28,930 nucleotides of DNA. It comes from a virus (taxonomy: Duplodnaviria; Caudoviricetes). The position numbers and the translations under genes were made by a program. The stretch lies in IMG/VR virus record IMGVR_UViG_3300008255_000378, positions 1-28,930 of that record; one strand, given 5' to 3'. The notes under the pieces were generated by a model. That model had not been told where the DNA came from and made no database searches. It was given only the letters and a program-made list of their open reading frames with translations. This document shows, piece after piece, positions 18,353-26,179 of the stretch; the first letter of the stretch is position 1, and each line of letters opens with the position of its first letter.

Positions 18353-19939
18353 TTAAAATTCAAAATTGTCAGCCAACACATCATCACCAAACGCATGGCC
18401 TGTTTTGGTTCCGTTGATTGTTCCGTGTACCTTGTCTCTACCAGTCAAGAATGGCTTATATTTTTGAATTGCATCCATCGGAGTTTCGCTTTCGAAGATT
18501 TCTGGAAGAACGACGTCTCGCATATGTTCTAGTCCCGGAAGAATAATCTTTTCCTGATGGCTGAACAATCCATCTTGAATAGAAACTCGATCGGGGTCAC
18601 TACCTTCGTAAATTCGGTTGCCTCTTTGAATTGCTTTGAGTTGCATTTCGGTATTGTGATTCATCACCAAAATATACGAAACCGTATCCCAACTTGAATT
18701 AGATTCTTTGTCAATCCCTTTCGTGCAAATATCTCCAACTGTGAGATTGCGTGACGCCCATGTCAAATCATTTTCAGTCGCACCATATGTTTCCTGAAGC
18801 CAATCACAAAGTGGCATTGTGGAATTCACAAGTTTTTTGTCATCGACACATGAATCCATAATGAACGTGAATTGCTTTTTGTTGAATACGTTACGGGTAT
18901 AGATCAAACCGTTCGCAGTTGAAAGGTATGGAGATGAAGAGTCAAAACTTACCGTGACTTTGGGTGATACTTGCTTTCGTAGGATTCTCTGAATTTGTGT
19001 CAATGGAGCCGCTGATCCAATTCTAGAAACTCCCAAAATATGAATCCAGTGTCGAGCATCAGATAGCATACCTTCATCACGTAAACGAATCATTCTTCGA
19101 CAAATCATTTCGAAATCAATTGCATTCTTACCAGCAAACGCCCAACCTTCAAATGGCAAATGCTTGACAGCTTGATACCAGTCTTCAGCTTCTTTCGCCG
19201 TCCTTCCTTGAAGAACATTCAAGAACTGGACGGCTCCTTCTGTTCGATTTCGGATGAAATAATCTGCATTCTCAAGCGTGAAATCTAAACACGCTTGAGT
19301 CGGTTTGTAGGACGAACCGGTCGCGTACTTATTACGCATCATCTCATGGATAATATTCCAATCTTTGTTGCGCTCAATAGCAGCAGTCGGCATGTCCAAA
19401 ATCATCGCGTAGTCGGCGGTGAATTCGAGCCAAGCTAAAACCGTCTTTCTGATTTTCTCGATGCTATTCAAATCAGACCAATCAGTCTTCCATGTTCCGG
19501 TTGCCCATTGAAATCCCCCGGAGTCACCGACCATTGTGACAGAAGGGTCACGCTCGTGAACAAACGACTCTCGTTCTTGTGATTTCGGAATATCTAAGGT
19601 AGCATGCCCAGATGAGTAAAGTCCGGCGCCGTAAAAGTAGGACCCACTGTCTTTCTGATAAAAATTCAGTTCGTCGCCGTCCGGATCACAAGCATTTGGA
19701 AGACGATGCCCCTTCGAATGGCCTGCCGTCTTCATTCCAAACTCCTCAATTCTAGACCTATGGGAATAAACCACATAATTACTAGACGTGGCCGGCAAAT
19801 AAATCGCATAATCACCTTGCGGATCGCCAACTTCTAATCTAGGATCGCGGTTTGATTTCCAGTAATCGGTGGTTTTTCCTGCTAAAGCTTCATTGAAAGG
19901 CCGTTTTTGCCTATATTCTTTACGGTCGATGTCTGACAT
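18353..19939 (-). CDS. dpdA: DpdA-like / TGT-fold 7-deazaguanine transglycosylase
   Basis: TGT catalytic motifs in order: GDSGGFQ, ILDMP, NVLQG, GWAFAG, HILGVS and SFDSSS. No bacterial Tgt Zn motif is seen, and it clusters with folE and queE. Confidence 0.82.
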   Translation of the reverse strand: MSDIDRKEYRQKRPFNEALAGKTTDYWKSNRDPRLEVGDPQGDYAIYLPATSSNYVVYSHRSRIEEFGMKTAGHSKGHRLPNACDPDGDELNFYQKDSGSYFYGAGLYSSGHATLDIPKSQERESFVHERDPSVTMVGDSGGFQWATGTWKTDWSDLNSIEKIRKTVLAWLEFTADYAMILDMPTAAIERNKDWNIIHEMMRNKYATGSSYKPTQACLDFTLENADYFIRNRTEGAVQFLNVLQGRTAKEAEDWYQAVKHLPFEGWAFAGKNAIDFEMICRRMIRLRDEGMLSDARHWIHILGVSRIGSAAPLTQIQRILRKQVSPKVTVSFDSSSPYLSTANGLIYTRNVFNKKQFTFIMDSCVDDKKLVNSTMPLCDWLQETYGATENDLTWASRNLTVGDICTKGIDKESNSSWDTVSYILVMNHNTEMQLKAIQRGNRIYEGSDPDRVSIQDGLFSHQEKIILPGLEHMRDVVLPEIFESETPMDAIQKYKPFLTGRDKVHGTINGTKTGHAFGDDVLADNFEF

Positions 19940-20000
19940 TTGGCCTCGTTTTTTGAATTTTTATCAACTTGATTTTCTTAGATAAAAATGAACATTTTGT

Positions 20001-20192
20001 TCACTTATCCATAAGCTTTCGTATATTTGAGACTGCCGCAGCTACACCAGCAGAAACTCCATTCGCATAACGTGAAGTTTTCTCATCATGAGTAGAAACG
20101 CCAGGGCGGTCAGGATCGGCTTGAAGCGTGGCGCTGACCGCCCGTTCTAAGACTTCATTCTTTATTTTAGTTTGGTTCATATGTTTTGTCAA
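20001..20192 (-). CDS. Small hypothetical protein
   Basis: 63 aa ORF filling the gap; start uncertain. Confidence 0.5.
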   Translation of the reverse strand: MTKHMNQTKIKNEVLERAVSATLQADPDRPGVSTHDEKTSRYANGVSAGVAAAVSNIRKLMDK

Positions 20193-20194
20193 AT

Positions 20195-20929
20195 TTAGGT
20201 ATGACCAGGGAACAAGAATTCATATTTGGCAATTCCGGTGTCAATGTCGATCTTCATGACCCCATCGTTCGAGAGAGACAATGCCGAGTTGCTATTGTCC
20301 GCCAACTTAAGAATTGTCAAAACCTGAGAGGTCGGCCATGCGAAGCCGCCGTTGTATCCTTTACCAACCTTTGTTGCAAACTGAACAGAAGCTGCGTGGC
20401 TGGTTGAATTTTCATCACCGATTGCGAAAATCAAATTATCATCAACAATCTTCGGTGTGAACTTTTCTTCTTGCACAGAAAACAAACTTGCCATTTCAGC
20501 GAACTCAGCAATCTTCTGTCGAGCCGGTTCGTCGATTTCAATCGCATATGTAGTTCCGGCAAATTTCGGTTGTGCTGGAATTGCTTGTTCTGACATAAGT
20601 CGGTAAACACCGTGCATTCCTGAATCATTGTCAAAGACGAATGAGACTGGAATGTCCTTGCCGCCGCGATTTTCAATCTTCACAGTTACAGAAGCATCGT
20701 CTCCCTTGAATGACTTTGAACCTACCAACCCAGAAAGAAGTGAAAGGTTCGAAAGGCCAAAAACGCCTTTGAAATCATCAACTGGTTCCGCAGCTACTGC
20801 TGTCATAATTACAGTTCGATCTTCTGATACTGATTGATATTTGGTCTCGGTTGAGTTACCTTCTACACGAATTACGCCGAATTCGATTCCTGATGTGCAC
20901 CTTACCAAATCCTGAAGATACTTTTTCAC
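20195..20929 (-). CDS. Probable DNA polymerase sliding clamp (gp45-like)
   Basis: 244 aa alpha/beta pattern with FGLSNLSLL (compare the clamp FGIYDL segment) and a C-terminal beta strand YEFLFP; near the polymerase; AAGGAG RBS. Confidence 0.6.
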   Translation of the reverse strand: MKKYLQDLVRCTSGIEFGVIRVEGNSTETKYQSVSEDRTVIMTAVAAEPVDDFKGVFGLSNLSLLSGLVGSKSFKGDDASVTVKIENRGGKDIPVSFVFDNDSGMHGVYRLMSEQAIPAQPKFAGTTYAIEIDEPARQKIAEFAEMASLFSVQEEKFTPKIVDDNLIFAIGDENSTSHAASVQFATKVGKGYNGGFAWPTSQVLTILKLADNSNSALSLSNDGVMKIDIDTGIAKYEFLFPGHT

Positions 20930-20967
20930 TTTTTATTCTCCTTTGTGTTATTTCAATTTCCTTTATT

Positions 20968-21303
20968 TTAATTCGGTGCTTCTGATTTGTCAAAAAGAAG
21001 TTCTTGATGCTTTAAAAATTTTTTCAGTTGTTTATGTTTGCTTTCCTTGCCTGATTCGATATACTCAGTCGAAACCAATCCGTGTTTACTGGCTAAATCT
21101 ATCATGAATAATAAATCACCGATTTCCATCGAAAGTCGTTCAATGTTATTCAATTCTTGGCCTGGTTGAATTTCCTTTGGCCCAAACCGTTTGAGTTTGG
21201 TTGCTCTAATTTGAACTTCGGCTGCTTCTTCTATAAGAATATCCAAGAGTTCATTTTCTGCAGAAGATGTCGGTTTTTCCTTAAATTGAAATTTCAAATC
21301 CAT
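20968..21303 (-). CDS. MazG-like nucleotide pyrophosphohydrolase
   Basis: LIEEAAEV...EIGDLL (EExxE...ExxD); start is 21303 or 21330. Confidence 0.75.
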   Translation of the reverse strand: MDLKFQFKEKPTSSAENELLDILIEEAAEVQIRATKLKRFGPKEIQPGQELNNIERLSMEIGDLLFMIDLASKHGLVSTEYIESGKESKHKQLKKFLKHQELLFDKSEAPN

Positions 21304-21479
21304 TTCTTTTTCCTTCGCATTGTTTGCCATGTCATTTTCGGTTCACCTACCTGAGGGTATCGTTTCACAAAGAGCCATTGCTCTTCATCGCAATGCTTGC
21401 AGAAGCGCTTGCCGCCCTTTTCTAACCATTCAGGGTGTTGGCAAGGATCTTTGAATATATTTTTGATAAAATCAAACAT
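21294..21479 (-). CDS. Small Zn-ribbon-like protein
   Basis: 61 aa with CQH..W and CKHC; TAATG-coupled to the polymerase C-part. Confidence 0.65.
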   Translation of the reverse strand: MFDFIKNIFKDPCQHPEWLEKGGKRFCKHCDEEQWLFVKRYPQVGEPKMTWQTMRRKKKWI

Positions 21480-22471
21480 TAGAATTGGAACATTGAATTC
21501 AGAACTTGTGAATGGGCAGCTTCACCAATATGTAAATCCCAACCGAGAATTGCAAAGATGTTATGCAGTTTTTTCTCAACGACTGATGATTCCATTGCGT
21601 CATCATCGAACGGCAATGACTTAAACCATTTCGGTAAATTCAACTCGTCAATCGGATATGCAACGCTTGTGATGTTCAATGGATTTTGCTTGAGTTTGCA
21701 AACTACAATTCTAGATCCATCAGTGATTCGTGTTGCGTACCTATCATTATTGATCTCGCAGAGTTGATTCCAGTTAACTGACGCCCGAACGTGACCAGGA
21801 AGGCGAGCTGCACTGCCGCGCTTCTTTAATTCATCTGTGTAGAAACTCATTTTGTTTGCTGATTTCGGAGAACCTTTTTCCCAAGCAGGCAAACTCTTAA
21901 ATACCAATCTAAAATCCTGAATTTTTTGTTTCAGGCCGGCTTCGTCGCCGCCTGTCAGAACGTAGAGCATACAATCTTCCAGAAAGTTCTGAATGGTTTT
22001 CGAGCTGTCTGCTCTTTTAATATCCAATCCCATGATTTTCATTTTACCGGGCTTACCATTCTGGTCTTCACGGAAACCGTCGTTGTCGTAAACTAGAATT
22101 GCATATCTCTTCTTAGCAACAAAGAGTGCTCGATTTCCAACCAGTTCTCGGCCGGCTTGGATGATTGCACCTCGATCCAATCCAGAATGAAACATTTCAT
22201 GCATCTTCTCAGGAAATGATTGATTGGCCGCTTCAGCAATTTGGTCATAAAGTTCAACCACATCTTCTTTCGACCAAGAGAAAGGAATATTATTTTCTTG
22301 CATATATTTCCAAGTTGAAAAATAGGCCGAATTGTGAACTAGAACATCATTAGCAAAGAAGGTCTGTACGATTTCATTTTCAGTATCTGATTCATCAATT
22401 TCAAGGTCATATACCCACTCATCCTCGAATTCACCGATTTGTTCTATCGTTTTAATTTTTTCAATCGCCAT
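21479..22471 (-). CDS. Split-intein C-half fused to the family B DNA polymerase C-terminal part
   Basis: ATG 22471 follows GGAGAG. After VHN come SAYF, KKRYA and KIMGLDIKRAD, which are PolB thumb-region motifs. Confidence 0.93.
   Translation of the reverse strand: MAIEKIKTIEQIGEFEDEWVYDLEIDESDTENEIVQTFFANDVLVHNSAYFSTWKYMQENNIPFSWSKEDVVELYDQIAEAANQSFPEKMHEMFHSGLDRGAIIQAGRELVGNRALFVAKKRYAILVYDNDGFREDQNGKPGKMKIMGLDIKRADSSKTIQNFLEDCMLYVLTGGDEAGLKQKIQDFRLVFKSLPAWEKGSPKSANKMSFYTDELKKRGSAARLPGHVRASVNWNQLCEINNDRYATRITDGSRIVVCKLKQNPLNITSVAYPIDELNLPKWFKSLPFDDDAMESSVVEKKLHNIFAILGWDLHIGEAAHSQVLNSMFQF
22331..22471 (-). mobile_element. PolB split intein, C-fragment (47 aa)
   Basis: MAIEKIKTIEQIGEFEDEWVYDLEI..TFFANDVLVHN followed by Ser+1. 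Confidence 0.93.
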
Positions 22472-22700
22472 TCCAAAATCTCTCCACTTGTTCCAATACT
22501 TTTTCGGGATCTTCCTTCCAATCTTTTTCCCAAACAACCATTACATTATAACCCCGTGTTTTTGCATTTTCAATTTTTGAACGCTCCCGCTCCCAAACTT
22601 CTGAAGCTCTTGATTTTTCTCCTCTACCGACTAAGTCAGCAGCTTCATATAATTCCGGATTCGCGTTCCAAAAATTACCATTAAAATGAACATCACAGGG
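22461..22700 (-). pseudogene. Relic of a Vsr-like homing endonuclease between the intein halves
   Basis: An 80-codon frame with no start at its 5' end reads PCDVHFNGNFWNANPELY..ASEVWERERSKIENAKTRGYNVMVVWEKDWKEDPEKVLEQVERFWNGD*. This matches the EFxGDxWHxNP...GYxVxxVWE pattern. Confidence 0.8.
22545..22573 (-). promoter_or_regulatory. Candidate sigma70 promoter for the polymerase C-half
   Basis: TTGAAA-17 nt-TATAAT, 74 nt upstream of ATG 22471. Confidence 0.55.
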
Positions 22701-24924
22701 TCACAACCTGATCTGATTCCGGATTTACCTCAGAAGGACGAACCTCAACCAAACGACCATTCCGAAGCACAACTAGGGAATGATCACCGGTAACAATAAT
22801 TTCTTTCCCTGACTCAGTAACGAGCTTCCATTTCGGTTTCGAAACCTTATGCCGGTGAATTCTTTTCAATTCCCGGAACGTCGGTTCTTTTTTCATTTCA
22901 TCATAAGACAAAACTTCGAATTCACCAAGTGGAATTTTCTTTTCAGTGTTTTCGTTATCGGAAATAATCGCGCCGGAGAAATGATCATATAATGCAGCAA
23001 TAGTCATTCGACCATCTTCAGTTTCGACCATGCTATCGGGCGTCAGGCTGTCAGTGTCGCCATATACAATCGCATCGCCAGTATAATCATAATTTCCGGT
23101 TACAATTTCGTTGATTTTTGCCGCCATATGTCGAGTTATACACCGGCCAGTCAAGGTAACAGATTGTCCCATTCGTTTGTCGTAAAATTTCGAACCTTTC
23201 TGCAACAACGAACCATAAAGTGAGTTCAGCTGAATCTTACGAATCTGCTGTCTCATATTCCAGAAAGTGAACTGTTTCATCAACTCTTTCTTTTTGTCCG
23301 GATCGGTTTCGACTTCGGCTTCGTTCTTAAATTCTTTTGCTTTTGCCTGCATTTCCTGTCGTTCAGTATACCAACGAGCCAGCAGTCCAGGAATCAGACC
23401 ATCGATATCAGTTCGAAAGATCGTACCATTCGCTGATATATTAAGTCCGGAGTCCGGTTGGAAAATCATTCCATAAAGATCTTTCGCAGACATCTTCTGT
23501 GTGGTTCCATCACAAAAATCAACCGTTAACTCAGTTGCAGATTGTTCCAAGACCATATTAAATTCTACGGTGCCGAACAAACCGTTCCAGGCTTCAGTGT
23601 AATTCTTCATTCGGATGCCCTTGACTGAAACCCACAAATCTTCTCGAGCAATTCGTTCTTCAAGAAATTCTTGGGTGAAATCATCTCGAATCTGAGCAAC
23701 AATCGTTTCGGGGCTCATGTTCAGTAGTCGAATAGTTGATGGGTAAAGTGAGTTGATGTCAACGCAGCCGATCCATTCCTGCAAACCGAACTCTGGATCG
23801 GCGACCCATGCGCCGGCGGCCGAGGATGACAATTCTTCATCCTTAGGTTTAGTCGGTACAACCATGCCACGCTCATGTGCTTCATTTATAATTGACTGGT
23901 CGACCCATGCCACGGTTCCCATTGTTGATGGGATTAGCACGTAATTTTGGATTGCAATTTGATTGGCAAGATCGAGGTATTTCAACTTGCTGTCGATTTT
24001 CGAGAGCAACATAGTATCTTGCCGGTTATAGTCAATGAATTTTCTAAAGTCTTCTCGATACAGTTGATACAAGGTGCCTTCATATTGGACTTTTTGTTCA
24101 CCGACTTCTTGGTTACCAATGAAATCCAATTTATAAGACTCTTGCGTCTTGGGAGTATGCTTTTTATAGAGTTCTAAATAATCGATGTGCAGCCGCCCCT
24201 TAAGTGTGAACGTCAATTGTTCCTTACCAAACCGTTCGTACTTTGTCTTGACTGGTTGCATTCCAAACAAACACCAACCTGAAGTAGAAGTCTTTCCAAG
24301 TTCCTGAATGGTCCTATTCAACATATACGGAACGTCATACCCTTCTGAGTTCCAACCCGAAATGACATCGGCGTCTTCGATAATATCTTGAAACATCATG
24401 AGAAGTTCTTTCTCGTTCGCACATAGAATCGTGTTTGGAAAATCAACTACGATTCTCTGTGCTTCCTCTTCTGTTAATGTTTCGGGTTTGATGACAAGTG
24501 TGAAAAGTGTATCCATCCATACATTAAAAACCGAGACCGCAGTTACTGGATTGAAAGGATCTTCCGGTGTCGAATAACCTTTTTTAAGGTCAAAGTCTAC
24601 CTCGATGTCGAAAAAAGAAACATGCAAGTTTGCTGGTTGGACATTCTGATAGTACTTCTTTAGTGTCTTAAACACAATATTATGATCAGATTCAAAAAGT
24701 TTTCTAGAACCCATGGATTTAAGTTCTTTCTGAAAATCCCGCATTCGCTTGCACGAAACCAATTTCGCACGTTCGCCAGTAGTTGCAATTACAGAACCCA
24801 ACTCGTCTTCATAATAAAATTCATAGACCGGTTGTAGTTCACGGATAATTCTTTTTCCATTTACTCTTTCTGAAACCAATATCACGTCTGAATTTCTATC
24901 ATGATGTGCGTCGATATAACTCAT
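22693..24924 (-). CDS. Family B DNA polymerase N-terminal part (exonuclease, palm, fingers) fused to a split-intein N-half
   Basis: FFDIEV, GWNSEGYD, YKLD, YNRQDT, DINSLYPS, KIQLNSLYG and YGDTD, then intein SLTPDS. Confidence 0.96.
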   Translation of the reverse strand: MSYIDAHHDRNSDVILVSERVNGKRIIRELQPVYEFYYEDELGSVIATTGERAKLVSCKRMRDFQKELKSMGSRKLFESDHNIVFKTLKKYYQNVQPANLHVSFFDIEVDFDLKKGYSTPEDPFNPVTAVSVFNVWMDTLFTLVIKPETLTEEEAQRIVVDFPNTILCANEKELLMMFQDIIEDADVISGWNSEGYDVPYMLNRTIQELGKTSTSGWCLFGMQPVKTKYERFGKEQLTFTLKGRLHIDYLELYKKHTPKTQESYKLDFIGNQEVGEQKVQYEGTLYQLYREDFRKFIDYNRQDTMLLSKIDSKLKYLDLANQIAIQNYVLIPSTMGTVAWVDQSIINEAHERGMVVPTKPKDEELSSSAAGAWVADPEFGLQEWIGCVDINSLYPSTIRLLNMSPETIVAQIRDDFTQEFLEERIAREDLWVSVKGIRMKNYTEAWNGLFGTVEFNMVLEQSATELTVDFCDGTTQKMSAKDLYGMIFQPDSGLNISANGTIFRTDIDGLIPGLLARWYTERQEMQAKAKEFKNEAEVETDPDKKKELMKQFTFWNMRQQIRKIQLNSLYGSLLQKGSKFYDKRMGQSVTLTGRCITRHMAAKINEIVTGNYDYTGDAIVYGDTDSLTPDSMVETEDGRMTIAALYDHFSGAIISDNENTEKKIPLGEFEVLSYDEMKKEPTFRELKRIHRHKVSKPKWKLVTESGKEIIVTGDHSLVVLRNGRLVEVRPSEVNPESDQVVTL
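22696..23049 (-). mobile_element. PolB split intein, N-fragment (118 aa, Ser1)
   Basis: SLTPDSMV..TIAALY..VLSYD..RIHRHKVSK..block B VTGDHSL, inserted in the YGDTD/S motif. Confidence 0.93.
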
Positions 24925-25229
24925 AAAACTCCTGGGATTGCCTGCAACAATCCGTATACATTGATAAAAAGATACCCAGTATTCAAAACCACAACAGGCG
25001 ATGAATTCCGTTTATATGCTGCCACAATGAGCAGCAATGAACAGAACGTGAAAAACAGGTAAATGGTGAAAAAAGGTGCTTGGGTAGTAAAAGCCGCAAT
25101 CAGAGTCGCAGCAATCAAACCAAGCACAGTCCCGATATTCTCAATGAAGAATAACGCTCGGTCATGCCTCCAATCATTTATAAGGAATTGTAAAAAGTTT
25201 GACAGAATTTCTTTCGTGATACTAATCAA
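24921..25229 (-). CDS. Small membrane protein
   Basis: 102 aa with three hydrophobic segments; ATGA-coupled to the polymerase. Confidence 0.75.
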   Translation of the reverse strand: MISITKEILSNFLQFLINDWRHDRALFFIENIGTVLGLIAATLIAAFTTQAPFFTIYLFFTFCSLLLIVAAYKRNSSPVVVLNTGYLFINVYGLLQAIPGVL

Positions 25230-25236
25230 CTTTCAC

Positions 25237-25533
25237 CTAGATGGTTTTACCGATAGCTTCCAAACCATCTTCCACTTCAGCAACCTTGTCTTTGTCATCT
25301 TGTAAGTTTCTTTTGTGGACGGCACGCATCATTTTATTGATTGTGCTAGCCTTGATTTTTCCGTCTGGCAAATCGATATTTTCATTCAATTTTTCAACAG
25401 TGGATTTTACCAAGTCACGGAGTGATTCACGCTCAAGGAAGATTGTTTCGAGATATTTGACCCCATCTTCAATCGTGGTTTTCAAGATCGTTTGTTCGTC
25501 TGCGGTCAGGGCTCTGTTATCAAATACATTCAT
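25237..25533 (-). CDS. Probable T4 DsbA-like dsDNA-binding protein
   Basis: 98 aa helical protein with ESLRDLVK...IKASTINKMMRAVHK; AAGGAG RBS; upstream of the polymerase. Confidence 0.55.
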   Translation of the reverse strand: MNVFDNRALTADEQTILKTTIEDGVKYLETIFLERESLRDLVKSTVEKLNENIDLPDGKIKASTINKMMRAVHKRNLQDDKDKVAEVEDGLEAIGKTI

Positions 25534-25548
25534 AATACTCTCCTTATT

Positions 25549-25719
25549 TTATGGTTGTGGTTGTGAATTGTCAATATTATCGAACTTGGCTTGCTTCCAA
25601 CCGGCGCGCCAAGATTTATATTGTTCAGGTTGCGAAGCCCTATCATAGGGACTGTCACTCAAAGTGATTCCGAGTAAATAATCCCGGTAGCCTTCATCAA
25701 ATTGTCGGTGACGATTCAT
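25549..25719 (-). CDS. Ribosome modulation factor (Rmf)-like small protein
   Basis: 56 aa from the ATGA-coupled ATG 25719: FDEGYRDYLLG....SPY......YKSWRAGWKQA. Confidence 0.6.
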   Translation of the reverse strand: MNRHRQFDEGYRDYLLGITLSDSPYDRASQPEQYKSWRAGWKQAKFDNIDNSQPQP

Positions 25720-25961
25720 TTCTTTTCTGGAGGAACAAGATATGCCCAATCGGTGCAAGTCACGTTGAAACGACTTAACGGCAACAGCGTTGAATACCAA
25801 TCGTAACCAGTCGCATCTCTCCTAGAAGACGGGGTCGACCAAGCAAAAACACCATAAAAATCCTGGCCTTCACGATCACCATTCCAGGTTCCGTAAAGAA
25901 GAATTTCAGTTCCATCTTTCGGTGCAGTTTCAGGGAACCCTGAATTCCAAGTGATAGACAT
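25716..25961 (-). CDS. Hypothetical protein (DUF551-like, ETAPKDGT motif)
   Basis: ATG 25961 follows AGGAG; W....PETAPKDGTEILL..W...TDWAYL..P. Confidence 0.75.
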   Translation of the reverse strand: MSITWNSGFPETAPKDGTEILLYGTWNGDREGQDFYGVFAWSTPSSRRDATGYDWYSTLLPLSRFNVTCTDWAYLVPPEKK

Positions 25962-26179
25962 CAGACTCCTAAATTCACAATAGATTCGTATTTCTTCCAT
26001 GCTTCATTTGCAGATGAATTATCTATCGGGCGTACCATAGCTTGTGCATAGTTTGTCACACTCGGTGAACGAACAATTGTAAATGGGGGACCATAAAGAA
26101 TCCAACCTTTACTTAACTGCAAGGTAACTGCATTTGCCATTTGAAATGAATCATTAAATGAAACGATTTTATATTCCAT
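25961..26179 (-). CDS. DUF1737-like protein with the C-terminal AWKKYE tag
   Basis: MEYKIV..AV...LSKGWILYGPPF...YAQAMV; TAATG-coupled start at 26179. Confidence 0.8.
   Translation of the reverse strand: MEYKIVSFNDSFQMANAVTLQLSKGWILYGPPFTIVRSPSVTNYAQAMVRPIDNSSANEAWKKYESIVNLGV

Noticed and set aside
22472-22537. ORF-track N-terminus MFGKKIGRKIPKKYWNKWRDFG of the polymerase C-part
   Set aside because: It is an off-frame reading of the relic; ATG 22471 has a GGAGAG RBS and begins a typical IntC.
22472-22700. Group I intron, stop readthrough or programmed frameshift joining the polymerase halves
   Set aside because: I see no intron core elements or convincing slippery site at ACC CTG TGA; the gap is explained by the endonuclease relic and both intein halves are complete.
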